From an uncultured Chloroflexia bacterium (GTDB taxonomy: Bacteria > Chloroflexota > Limnocylindria > Limnocylindrales > CSP1-4): a stretch of 64,000 nt of DNA. This document shows, piece after piece, positions 46,601 through 59,007 of the stretch (position 1 is the first letter of the stretch; each line of letters begins with the position of its first letter). The DNA is taken from assembly GCA_963713975.1 (NCBI GenBank), contig OY970218.1, positions 672,001 to 736,000 of the forward strand. Reading direction: 5' to 3'. The position numbers and the translations under genes were made by a program. The notes under the pieces were generated by a model. It did not search any database, was not told the DNA's origin, and saw only the letters and a program-made list of their open reading frames with translations.

Positions 46601-48626
46601 CGACGCGACGACCGCGGCGGCCATCACCGGCTGCTCCGCGGCGGTCATCGAGTCCGGCGACGCGGTGACTTGCTCCCACGCAGGAGCCACCGCGAGCTTC
46701 GCCACGGCGGCGGCGGGGATCGACAAGGCCGTCACGGGCACCGGCTTCGCCCTCGCGGGCGCCGATGCCGGCAACTACTCGCTCGGCCCCGTGAACCCGA
46801 CGACGGCCACGATCCACAAGGCGAACGCGATCTGCACGATCACGGGCTACAGCGTCACCTACAACGGCAGCCCGCACACGGCCACCGGCACCTGCCTGGG
46901 CGTCCAGGCCGAGACGCTGGCGGGACTGGTGCTGACCGGAACCATCCACACCAACGCCGGCACGTACCTCGCCGACCCGTGGACGTTCACGGACGTCACC
47001 GGCAACTACAACGACACCGTCGACACGGTGGTGGACAGCATCGCCAAGGCCAGCCAGGAGATCAGCATCACCTCGACGGCGCCGACGGGTGCCACCGTGG
47101 GTGGGCCCACCTACACCGTCACCGCGACCGGCGGCGCCTCGGGCAACGCGGTCACGTTCACGATCGCGGGGGCATCGTCCTCCGTGTGCTCAATCAGCGG
47201 GAGCCTGGTGAGCTTCCTCGCCGCGGGCACCTGCACGATCCAGGCCAACCAGGCGGGCAATGCCAACTACGACGCTGCGCCACAGACCATTCAGGACGTG
47301 GCGGTTGGCCTCAACGCACAGACCATCACGTTCGGTGCGCTCGGCGCCAGGACGTACGGCGACGCGCCGTTCACGGTCTCGGCTTCGGCCAGCAGCACCC
47401 TCCCGGTGTCGTTCGGCTCACAGACCCCCGGCGTGTGCACGGTCGGCGGCACGACGGTCACCGTCCTCGCCGCGGGCGACTGCACCATCCGGGCCACCCA
47501 GGGCGGCAACGGCACCTACGCGGCCGCCCCATTCGTAGACCGGACGTTCACGGTGGCCAAGGCCAGCCAGGAGATCAGCATCACCTCGACGGCGCCGACG
47601 GGTGCCACCGTGGGTGGGCCCACCTACACCGTCACCGCGACCGGCGGCGCCTCGGGCAACGCGGTCACGTTCACGATCGCGGGGGCATCGTCCTCCGTGT
47701 GCTCAATCAGCGGGAGCCTGGTGAGCTTCCTCGCCGCGGGCACCTGCACGATCCAGGCCAACCAGGCGGGCAATGCCAACTACGACGCTGCGCCACAGAC
47801 CATTCAGGACGTGGCGGTTGGCCTCAACGCACAGACCATCACGTTCGGTGCGCTCGGCGCCAGGACGTACGGCGACGCGCCGTTCACGGTCTCGGCTTCG
47901 GCCAGCAGCACCCTCCCGGTGTCGTTCGGCTCACAGACCCCCGGCGTGTGCACGGTCGGCGGCACGACGGTCACCGTCCTCGCCGCGGGCGACTGCACCA
48001 TCCGGGCCACCCAGGGCGGCAACGGCACCTACGCGGCCGCCCCATTCGTAGACCGGACGTTCACGGTGGCCAAGCGTGCCATCACCGTGACGGCAGCCAC
48101 CGACTCCAAGGTCGCCGACGGCACCACGGACTCCTCGGCCACCCCGATGATCACGTCCGGCAGCCTGGCGTCCGGCGACACCGACGACTTCACCCAGGCC
48201 TTCGACACGCCCGCCGCCGGCACCGGCAAGACGCTCACCCCAACGGGGACGGTGATGCGTGGCGCCACGGACATGGCCACCAGCTACCTGGTCACCTGGG
48301 CCAACGCCACCGGCACGATCACGCCCGCCGCCGCGTCGCTCTCGACGTCGACGATCATCGCCAACCCGGCGTCGATCACGGCGGACGGGATCGCCACGTC
48401 CACGATCACGGTCCGGCTGAAGGACCAATACGGGAACGACCTGGTGGCGAGCGGCGGCGCCGTCACGCTGGCGGCGACCGCAGGCACGCTCGATCCCGTC
48501 ACCGACAACGGCGACGGCACCTACACCGCGACGTACACGAGCGACACCACACCCGGAGCCGTGACGATCACGGGCAAGCTCGACGGCATCGACCTCGTCG
48601 ATGACGCGACGATCACCCTGACCTAG
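43608..48626 (+). CDS. Large secreted surface protein (Ig-like, FN3-like, YDG/MBG-like repeats, C-terminal invasin-type Ig domain)
   Basis: Signal peptide; IDVLAND; QTITF...C...GTCTI.A.Q.G repeats; RDYNGTT; ITADG..ST.TV.LKD..GN; TDNGDGTYTA. Confidence 0.85.
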   Translation: MATHARMVGLLSAVLAFALAGPLPASAATPVAPAPVEAAAMDSPAANPADQATPAAASPVQANTDGRTVAAVRPTVIDVLANDGPGAAGPTRPLTITSVKQDPEVILGSVTTDGSTVVYNPYGCNTGIDLFSYEMTDGTTSDTGTVAVTIARPASIPVTDIPQLGFVKGATIGKTVPMRLSWCGVAATSASVKGYRITQSTNGGASYPTVVKSATTATSSTRGLATSRTYAWLVRTTDSKGRTGAYTPSLTSRLTRYQENSSRISYSSGWKTSSNSRYSGKKERYTSKAGATATITVTNVRAFAIVASKARGRGSFHVYVDGVRVTSAAISEKRSKTQWRKVLYVRGLSSGAGVSHRIVVKAVGNGRIDLDAILTLSGKRDQAISFASAAPANATVNGSSHAVTASAASGLPTTLSLTSASWGACALAGGIVSFHGVGTCTVKATQPGDQTWNAASGQQTFGVAGMPQAITFGGLTAKTYGSGAFTVAATGGASGNPVTFGSQSSGVCSVSGTTVSLVAAGTCTVRATQAGSTQYAAATPVDRSFTVAPKVLTVIGITAIGRDYNGTTAASLITGPAVLVGVVGSDSVTLNTAGATGTFTPDANVGDDKTVLVSGLALGGTKAASYTLTQPTTTASIAKAGQVITFTTTKPGFAVKDGPTYTVGAASTSDLAVTITVDPASASVCTLVGNVVTFVDSGQCQLDADQPGNGNWNPASTEFQAISVASTGTTPQTITFGALANATYGTADVPLAASASSGLPVTLTSLTTSVCTVAGNAATVVAAGTCQIQAGQAGDPTWLPAPDVTRSFTVAPKLLTVIGITAIGRDYNGTTAASLITGPAVLVGVVGSDSVTLNTAGATGTFTPDANVGDDKTVLVSGLALGGTKAASYTLTQPTTTASIAKANLTVTAANKAIIYGQSDPTFTFTYGSFVNGETATVVDTPPSCGVTGAHTDVAGSPYAIDCSGGADNNYQFAPVAGTLTITPKPLTVTFTAANRPYDATTAAAITGCSAAVIESGDAVTCSHAGATASFATAAAGIDKAVTGTGFALAGADAGNYSLGPVNPTTATIHKANAICTITGYSVTYNGSPHTATGTCLGVQAETLAGLVLTGTIHTNAGTYLADPWTFTDVTGNYNDTVDTVVDSIAKASQEISITSTAPTGATVGGPTYTVTATGGASGNAVTFTIAGASSSVCSISGSLVSFLAAGTCTIQANQAGNANYDAAPQTIQDVAVGLNAQTITFGALGARTYGDAPFTVSASASSTLPVSFGSQTPGVCTVGGTTVTVLAAGDCTIRATQGGNGTYAAAPFVDRTFTVAKASQEISITSTAPTGATVGGPTYTVTATGGASGNAVTFTIAGASSSVCSISGSLVSFLAAGTCTIQANQAGNANYDAAPQTIQDVAVGLNAQTITFGALGARTYGDAPFTVSASASSTLPVSFGSQTPGVCTVGGTTVTVLAAGDCTIRATQGGNGTYAAAPFVDRTFTVAKRAITVTAATDSKVADGTTDSSATPMITSGSLASGDTDDFTQAFDTPAAGTGKTLTPTGTVMRGATDMATSYLVTWANATGTITPAAASLSTSTIIANPASITADGIATSTITVRLKDQYGNDLVASGGAVTLAATAGTLDPVTDNGDGTYTATYTSDTTPGAVTITGKLDGIDLVDDATITLT
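45234..46315 (+). repeat. 293-bp near-identical dispersed repeat (45234-45526 and 46023-46315)
   Basis: Same DNA at offset 789; one mismatch seen (AAGGTG/AAGCTG). Confidence 0.9.
47043..48074 (+). repeat. 513-bp tandem duplication (171-aa two-domain unit)
   Basis: Identical shadow ORFs at 47260/47773 and 47291/47804; unit starts GCCAAG at 47043, 47556 and 48069. Confidence 0.95.
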
Positions 48627-48639
48627 CCGCGCGCGGAGG

Positions 48640-49872
48640 TCAGCCCGCGACGGCCTCCTCGCGCATCCCCCATGGCGACCCGTACTCGACCAGCAGGTCA
48701 AGGTAGGCCCTGGGCTCGAACGCCTCTGGGCCCAGCACGCCCTTGCCGGACCACGTGCCCCGGGCCAGCAGCTCCAGCCCCACGACCGGGTTGATCGCCG
48801 TCTGCCAGACCACCGCCTGGGACCCGTACTCCTGCCACGACCAGTCGCTGTCCACCACGTGGTACAGGTACACGGCCCGGGGGTTCCCGTCCTTGCCCTT
48901 GCCGGTCACCCACGTGCCGGCACACGTCTTGCCGTGCATCTTGGCGCCCAGGCCCGCCGGGTCGGGGAGGCAGGCCGCCACGACGTCCCGCGGCGAGACC
49001 GCAATGCCCTTCACGTCCACCGGGTCCGTCCTGTCGAGCCCGAGCGCGTGCAGGACCTTGAGCACGTTGATGAACTCGTCGCCAAGGCCGTACTTGAAGG
49101 TGACCCGCTTGGCCTTCACCCAGCGCGGGATGAGGAGCACCTCCTCGTGCTCGACGTTGACGCACTCGACGGGGCCGATGCCGCCGGGGAAGTCGAACGT
49201 CTCGGGCTCCGAGAATGGCGGCGTGGTGAACCAGCCGCGTCCCTCCTCCCAGATCACCGGCGGGTTGAGGCACTCCTCGATCGTCGTCCAGATCGAGAAC
49301 GACGGCGCGAACTCGTAGCCGTCCACGGTCAGGTTGGCACCGTCCCGCACACCTGCCTCATCGATCTCGCTGAACAGCTCGTCCTGCGCGTAGCGGGCGA
49401 AGATGTCCGAGAGACCGGGCTCCACGCCCAGGCCAACGAGGGCGAGGCGGCCGGCGGCCTCCCAGTCCGCGGCCTTCGCGAACTGCCGGTCACCCAGCTT
49501 CTCACCACTCTCCTCGAACGGGCGCTCTGGGTGCGGCCTGGACAGCGACATGGCCATGTCCATGTAGTCCGCGCCGGCCTCGTAGCAGGCGTCGAAGATG
49601 GGCATCACGAAGCGCGGGTCCACCGCGTTGAGGACGTGGGTGGCGCCATGCTCGCGAATGAGGGCGACGATCGCACCCACGTCCGAGGCATCCACGCGGG
49701 CCCCGGAGAAGCGGCCGTCGTCCTCGACCTGGGCGAGCGCATGCTCGACGCGGGCCGGGTCGTAGTCCGCGACCACCATGTGCTCGAAGAAGTCGCGCCG
49801 CGCGGCGATCGCCACCGCTGCCGTACCGACGCCACCTGCGCCGATCACCAGGACCCGCATCTGAGTGGTCAC
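48640..49872 (-). CDS. Saccharopine dehydrogenase / carboxy(nor)spermidine dehydrogenase-like protein
   Basis: IGAGGVG, YMDMA, GVEPG, FS..T.IEE, VEHEEV, WQTA, GPEAF. Confidence 0.85.
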   Translation of the reverse strand: MTTQMRVLVIGAGGVGTAAVAIAARRDFFEHMVVADYDPARVEHALAQVEDDGRFSGARVDASDVGAIVALIREHGATHVLNAVDPRFVMPIFDACYEAGADYMDMAMSLSRPHPERPFEESGEKLGDRQFAKAADWEAAGRLALVGLGVEPGLSDIFARYAQDELFSEIDEAGVRDGANLTVDGYEFAPSFSIWTTIEECLNPPVIWEEGRGWFTTPPFSEPETFDFPGGIGPVECVNVEHEEVLLIPRWVKAKRVTFKYGLGDEFINVLKVLHALGLDRTDPVDVKGIAVSPRDVVAACLPDPAGLGAKMHGKTCAGTWVTGKGKDGNPRAVYLYHVVDSDWSWQEYGSQAVVWQTAINPVVGLELLARGTWSGKGVLGPEAFEPRAYLDLLVEYGSPWGMREEAVAG

Positions 49873-49914
49873 CTCTGCCTCCCGTTCACTCTGCTCACCT
49901 TGATCGCGGCCGGA

Positions 49915-51507
49915 TCACGCGGCCGCTTCGGGCTCCGGCTGGAAGACCTCCCGGCGCCGCGTGAAGAACTCGGGCGACCTCACCCGCCAGAGCACCAGGA
50001 GCACCACGCCGAGGATCATGAAGCCGATGGATAGCGCCAGGGGGACGCCAATGCCGAACAAGCTGGCACAGGTCGCGACGTCCTCGGAATCGGTGCAAGT
50101 GTAGGAGCTCAGCGGGTTTGCAAGATCGACTACCGACTGCACGAACGCCCATGTGAGGATCAGGGCGCCGACGATCGGCAGGACGCCCATCCCGACGAAG
50201 TCCTTGATGCTCCGGAACATCACTTTCCGGTAGTAGATTGCGGAGGCGTAGCCGGTGATGCCGTAATAGAAGGCGATCATCAGTCCGAGCGCCGTCAAGG
50301 CGTCGTAGTAGACGTTCTCGGACGTGAGCTTGAGGGCGACGTACCAGACGACGGCCAGGATGCCCGTCCAGATCGTTGCGTTCGCGGGCGTCTGGAAGCG
50401 CGGGTGGACCTGGGACCAGAACTTGGGCAGTGCCCCCTTCGCGCCCATCGACAGGGCGGTGCGCGCCGTCGGGAGGATCGTCGTCTGCGTGGACGCCGCG
50501 GCCGACGTCAGCACGGCGATGATCAGCAGCTTGTCGAGCGGCGAGCCGAGGACCTCGGCGGCCAGGCTCGCGAGGATGTCGCTCTCGCCCTGCTCGGCGA
50601 GGTACTCCGCCCCGTGGAGCGCCTGTGCGGCGATCGTCACGAGGAGGTACGTGCCGACGAGGATGAGCACCGAGATGATCGTCGCCCGGCCCGGCTGCTC
50701 GGTCGGGTTGCCGCTCTCCTCGTTGACCGACGCCGTCGTGTCCCAGCCCCAGTAGATGAACAGCGTGATGAGCAGGCCGGCGGCGAAGGCGCTGGTATCC
50801 CACGTCCCGTCCTCGGTCACGATCGAGAAGGGGTTGAGCCAGTCGAGCGCCGGCATCACCGACCCCTCCAGGCCGCCGACCACCTTGACGAGCGCGACCA
50901 CGGAGAAGATGCCCAGCGTCACCAGCTCGATCGTGAGCAGGACCGTCTGCGTTTGCGCCGAGAGCTCGATGCCGCGCCAGCAGATCCAGGTCATCGCCGC
51001 GACGAACAGGACACCCAGGCCGATCACGCCGGCGTCGAAGATCACATCACCCACGGCGATCGGGATGACGGGGTCTTCGAACACGTTCATCCCGAACAGG
51101 CTGAAGGTGTACTGGGCGGCGACCTCGGCCAGGCTCGCGATGACGACGATCTGGGCGATGATCATCACCCAGCCCGTGATCCATCCCGTGTACGGGCCGA
51201 TGGCCGTGGTGATCCAGGTGAAGCTCGTACCGCAGTCGGGATCGGCGCGGTTGAGGTAGTAGTAGGCCATCGCAATGCAGAACATCGGGATGAACGCCAC
51301 CCACATGATCGCGGGCGAGGCGAGCCCGACGGCCGCCGTCACCAGGCCCAGCGAGACCGCCAGGCTGTAGGCCGGCGCGGTGGACGCGACGCCGATGACC
51401 ACGTTGTGGGCCATGCCCAGGGCGCCCGTCTTCAGGCCCTTGGTCCCCGGCGCCCCCTCACCGGTCAGCTCCCCGGTCACGACCGGAGCGGGTACCACGC
51501 GTGCCAT
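49915..51507 (-). CDS. APC-family amino acid/polyamine permease
   Basis: GVASTAPAYSL, PDCG.SF.W, FIYWGWD....NEE, HPRFQTP. Confidence 0.92.
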   Translation of the reverse strand: MARVVPAPVVTGELTGEGAPGTKGLKTGALGMAHNVVIGVASTAPAYSLAVSLGLVTAAVGLASPAIMWVAFIPMFCIAMAYYYLNRADPDCGTSFTWITTAIGPYTGWITGWVMIIAQIVVIASLAEVAAQYTFSLFGMNVFEDPVIPIAVGDVIFDAGVIGLGVLFVAAMTWICWRGIELSAQTQTVLLTIELVTLGIFSVVALVKVVGGLEGSVMPALDWLNPFSIVTEDGTWDTSAFAAGLLITLFIYWGWDTTASVNEESGNPTEQPGRATIISVLILVGTYLLVTIAAQALHGAEYLAEQGESDILASLAAEVLGSPLDKLLIIAVLTSAAASTQTTILPTARTALSMGAKGALPKFWSQVHPRFQTPANATIWTGILAVVWYVALKLTSENVYYDALTALGLMIAFYYGITGYASAIYYRKVMFRSIKDFVGMGVLPIVGALILTWAFVQSVVDLANPLSSYTCTDSEDVATCASLFGIGVPLALSIGFMILGVVLLVLWRVRSPEFFTRRREVFQPEPEAAA

Positions 51508-51673
51508 GCCAGTCCCTCCTGCGACACGGGACGTGCGAGCGATCGAACATCTCGCGTGTGATCGGCGCAAGGGCCGGGGGGCATGGGAGATCTACCGTCG
51601 CGGCCCATGGAACGGCCGCCGGGCCAGGGTGGCCGGCGGCCGATGAGCGGCGGGCAACGAGGAGGGGCGAACC

Positions 51674-52273
51674 CTACGGCGCGTAGAAGTCCGTCACGAG
51701 CCGGACGTGGCCGTTGGCCTTCCAGACGCCGATCCCAACCGCCTTGTAGGCGGGGTTCTTGATGTTCTTCCAGTGGCCGCCGCCGCTGGCCTTCTCGCGC
51801 TGGAACGCCCGATGCGAGGCAAGCACGGACTTGTAGGCGCTCTTCATGTCGTAGCAGCCGATGTTCTCGCCCCAGCGGTACCCCTTGTACCCGGCGGTGC
51901 GGAGCCGGGCGCTGGGATCGCCGTGGCGGCAGTCCCCGCTGGTGGCGATCTGCGTCGCCCAGCCGCGAGCCACGTTGGACAGGCCCACGCGGAGCTTCAG
52001 GGGTGCGCGGTACTTGGAGTACCTGCCCGTGCCGTACCCCTTGCACGACCCGTCCTTCAGCACCCAGCCGCCCGTGCGGGTGCAGTTGAGGAGCCGCAGG
52101 TAGTACGCCTCCACCTTCGACCAGGTCGGCGTCGCTGCGGCGGCATCGGACGGCGCGGCGGCGGCGGCACCGAACGTGAGCAGGGACGCGAACAAGCTCG
52201 CGGTGACGACGGCAGAGAGCCGGGAGCGGAAGGACGCCCGCTGGGCGCCGTGGCGAACGAAGCGCAAGACCAT
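51674..52273 (-). CDS. Secreted CAP (SCP-like) domain protein
   Basis: LLNCTR, RHG, WGENIG, GHWKNI.NP.Y..VGIG. Confidence 0.82.
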   Translation of the reverse strand: MVLRFVRHGAQRASFRSRLSAVVTASLFASLLTFGAAAAAPSDAAAATPTWSKVEAYYLRLLNCTRTGGWVLKDGSCKGYGTGRYSKYRAPLKLRVGLSNVARGWATQIATSGDCRHGDPSARLRTAGYKGYRWGENIGCYDMKSAYKSVLASHRAFQREKASGGGHWKNIKNPAYKAVGIGVWKANGHVRLVTDFYAP

Positions 52274-52476
52274 GTCCTCACTACCGGACGGCGAGGGGAC
52301 GACCCGCGCCGACGTGCAACAGGCTCGGCCGCCGGTCAGATGGCGGCGCGGGCGGTTGGGTGGCCCAAGGCTACCGGGGACAGCCGGATCCTGCCCTGGC
52401 CCGAACGGACCAACCGAGCCCTGCCAGATGGGTGGTCGACCCGTCATTGACATCGCCGGGGTACATTCGGTCCACG

Positions 52477-56217
<3,741 letters not shown>

Positions 56218-56328
56218 GCACCATGACTCGCCGCACCGGGCTCCACCGGAGGCTGCTGCGGTACAGTGGACGGCAGGGCACCCCGGAGGCAAGACACCCG
56301 CCCCGCGACCCCTGATCGGAGCTCCTCC

Positions 56329-57405
56329 ATGACGACGACGCGCGCGCTCAGTGACCTCGGCCAGAGCCTGTGGCCGGACAACATCACCCGGACGCTCCTG
56401 TCCACCGGCACGCTCCAGCGCTATATCGATGAGTTGGACGTCACCGGGCTGACGTCCAACCCGACGATCTACGACCGGGCGATCGGCGGCACGGACGCGT
56501 ACGACGCACAGATCGCCGAGGCAGCGGCCGCCGGGGCCTCCGGCGAGGAGACCTTCTTCGAGCTTGCGCTGGACGACCTCCGTCGCGCGGCCGACCTGTT
56601 CCGCCCGATCTACGACATGACCGATGGCGTGGACGGGTTCGTGTCGCTGGAGGTCTCGCCGCTCCTCGCCTACGACGCCACCGCCACCGCCCGCGAGGCC
56701 GTCCGGCTTGCCGCCAAGGGCGACCGGCCGAACCTGCTGATCAAGATCCCGGGCACCGCCGAGGGCCTGCCGGCGGTCGAAGAGGCCATCTTCGCCGGCG
56801 TGCCGGTCAACGTGACGCTGCTCTTCTCGCCGGCCCAGTACATCGCCTGCGCGGAGGCGTACACGCGGGGCATCGAGCGACGCGTCGAGGCCGGGTTGTC
56901 GGCCTACGTCCCCTCCGTCGCCTCGTTGTTCATCAGTCGCTGGGATCCGTTCACCGCCAAGGACCTCCCCGCGGACCTGCAGCTCCAGCTCGGCCTTGCC
57001 ATCGGCCGCCAGTCCTACCTGGACTACCGCGCCTACTTCGCGAGCGAGCGGTGGCAGCGCCTGCTAGCGGCCGGTGCCCGACCCCAGCGCCTGCTGTTCG
57101 CCAGCACGGGCAGCAAGGACCCCACCGCGCCGGCCACCCTGTACATCACGGGCCTGGCCGCCCCGGACACCGTGAACACGATGCCGGAGGAGACGCTCCT
57201 CGCGACGGCCGCATCGGACGTGGCCGTCGAGGCCCTCCCAGCCGACGGGGCGACGGCCGGGGACCAGCTCGTCCGGTTCACGGCGGCGGGCATTGACGTG
57301 GATGCCGCGGCGGCGGAGCTCCAGCGCAAGGGCGCCGAGTCCTTCGTTGGCTCCTGGACCTCGCTGCTGGACCGGATCGCGGGCAAGGCGACCCCGACGG
57401 CTTAG
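56329..57405 (+). CDS. tal: Transaldolase
   Basis: GQSLW.DN, GLTSNPTI, VSLEVSP, IKIPGT, NVTLLFS, FISRWD, VNTMP. Confidence 0.93.
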   Translation: MTTTRALSDLGQSLWPDNITRTLLSTGTLQRYIDELDVTGLTSNPTIYDRAIGGTDAYDAQIAEAAAAGASGEETFFELALDDLRRAADLFRPIYDMTDGVDGFVSLEVSPLLAYDATATAREAVRLAAKGDRPNLLIKIPGTAEGLPAVEEAIFAGVPVNVTLLFSPAQYIACAEAYTRGIERRVEAGLSAYVPSVASLFISRWDPFTAKDLPADLQLQLGLAIGRQSYLDYRAYFASERWQRLLAAGARPQRLLFASTGSKDPTAPATLYITGLAAPDTVNTMPEETLLATAASDVAVEALPADGATAGDQLVRFTAAGIDVDAAAAELQRKGAESFVGSWTSLLDRIAGKATPTA

Positions 57406-57449
57406 GGGACCGGTGCCGCGCGCGGCCGATCGCGGCCGAGCCGCCCGGC

Positions 57450-58079
57450 CTACGCGTGCCCGACCAGCGGGAGCGACTCGGGCGGGAACCGTGCGGCGGT
57501 GTCACCGAGCTGGAGACAGCGGAACGTCGCCTGGGCGGCATCCTCGAGGTTGAGGGCCCTGCGATACGCCATCTCGACGGTGTCGCCCAGCGTCGAGGTT
57601 CCGTGGTAGGCCATCACGATGGCGTTGACGTCCCGTGATGCCTCCGCGACGGCATCGGCAAGCTCGTCCGACGCGTTGGGGTGGAACGGAACCCGGCCCA
57701 CCCGGCCCAGGTAGTAGACGTGGTCCTGGACGATCAGGCGGATCTCGTGGCCGCAGGCGTCGAGGATGACCGCCGCCTGAGGGTGGAGGTGGACGATGGC
57801 GTTGACATCGGGCCGGACCCGGTAGGTGCGGGCGTGGAGCCTCCACTCGCTCGAGGGTGTCGGGCTGCCGCCGACCACGTTCCCGTCGAGATCCAGGATG
57901 GAGAAGTCCTCCGGGGCCAGTCGCTGGAACCACGTCCCGGACCCGGTGATCGCGAACGTGTCCCCGCCCGGGACCCGGGCGGAGAGGTTGCCGGCGGAGG
58001 CGAGGACCAGGCCGCGGGTGGCGGCGTCGCGACCGGCCTCGATGAGCTCGGCGATCAGCCGTTCGGTGGGATCAGCCAT
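57450..58079 (-). CDS. Class II aldolase/adducin family protein
   Basis: GNLSAR, PSSEWRLH...Y, VHLHP, YHG. Confidence 0.9.
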   Translation of the reverse strand: MADPTERLIAELIEAGRDAATRGLVLASAGNLSARVPGGDTFAITGSGTWFQRLAPEDFSILDLDGNVVGGSPTPSSEWRLHARTYRVRPDVNAIVHLHPQAAVILDACGHEIRLIVQDHVYYLGRVGRVPFHPNASDELADAVAEASRDVNAIVMAYHGTSTLGDTVEMAYRRALNLEDAAQATFRCLQLGDTAARFPPESLPLVGHA

Positions 58080-58220
58080 CCTGGCGGTGCTCCTCCGGGA
58101 TCGCATCCGCGGAGCGCGCCGGGCGCATGGTGCGCCACCCGTGAGCGCCGCTCCGGCGTCCGCCGGGCCAGTCTACGCCTCGAGGCGTGCCGGTTCGCGT
58201 TCCGCTCCCGGGACCCGGGG

Positions 58221-58249
58221 TTTGCGTTCCTGCAGGAATTGCGTATGCT
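58221..58249 (+). promoter_or_regulatory. Promoter TTGCGT-16-TATGCT with TTCCTGCAGGAA palindrome in the spacer
   Basis: Read directly upstream of the zinc-ribbon gene. Confidence 0.55.
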
Positions 58250-58370
58250 CCGGCGACGCCCCATCGTCGGGCGCCAACAGCCCAGCGCGGCCGACTCGAT
58301 CCACAACCTCCCGGTTTCCGCCGAGGCCCGATCGCGGACACCGTCGCCACCACAGGAGTGGATCGATTCC

Positions 58371-58712
58371 ATGAACGTCGACAAGACGCTCGCATGCGCC
58401 GACTGCAACCAGTCGTTCACCTTCACTGCCAGCGAGCAGGATTTCTACGCCGAGCGCGGGTTCACCGAGCCCCGCCGCTGCCCCACCTGCCGTGCCAACC
58501 GCAAGGCGGCCCGGGGTGACTCCGGCGGCGGCGGCTACAGCTCCGGCGGCGGCTACAGCTCCGGCGGCGGCGGCTACGGGGCCCCTCGCGGCCCGCGCGA
58601 GATGTTCGCGGCCACCTGCTCCGCGTGCGGCCAGGAGACCGAGGTCCCCTTCCGCCCCACCTCCGGCAAGCCCGTCTACTGCAGCGCCTGCTTCGCACAG
58701 CGCCGGGCCTGA
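58371..58712 (+). CDS. Zinc-ribbon / CxxC-x17-CxxC domain protein with Gly-rich linker
   Basis: CADC..F.FT..EQ.FY..RGF..P.RC..C; CSACG...VPFRP..GKPVYC..CF. Confidence 0.92.
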   Translation: MNVDKTLACADCNQSFTFTASEQDFYAERGFTEPRRCPTCRANRKAARGDSGGGGYSSGGGYSSGGGGYGAPRGPREMFAATCSACGQETEVPFRPTSGKPVYCSACFAQRRA

Positions 58713-58715
58713 TCA

Positions 58716-58925
58716 GTGACGGACGTCCGGCGACCTGGGAACGGGCTCCCTTCGCGGCGCCCGGCCCCCGAGCCAGACGCGCGCAAGCACGTCATCGCCG
58801 AGTATCGCCACGCCGCCCTTCGGGTGACCTGCGTGTGCGGCTGGGTAGGCAGCTCGGAATCGCCGGATGGCCGGACTTCTGACTGGAGCCGTCACGTGAC
58901 GGCAGGGCGGACCGGGCAGGCCTGA
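58716..58925 (+). CDS. Small hypothetical protein with H...CxCGW...W..H motif
   Basis: Follows the previous stop by 3 nt; metal-binding-like motif. Confidence 0.5.
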   Translation: MTDVRRPGNGLPSRRPAPEPDARKHVIAEYRHAALRVTCVCGWVGSSESPDGRTSDWSRHVTAGRTGQA

Positions 58926-59007
58926 CCGCCCGCGGGCTCGTGCCCGCACCACACACCGACAGCGGCAGAACGGCCGCCGGCCCCGCCGGCGGCCGTTCTG
59001 ATTCCGG

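Noticed and set aside
52290-52476. Possible SAM or cobalamin riboswitch upstream of metH
   Set aside because: Conserved cores of these riboswitches were not found by eye; an Rfam scan would be needed.
56365-56385. Transaldolase WPDN instead of the usual WLDN
   Set aside because: Single substitution (or base error); catalytic Asp and Lys motifs are intact.
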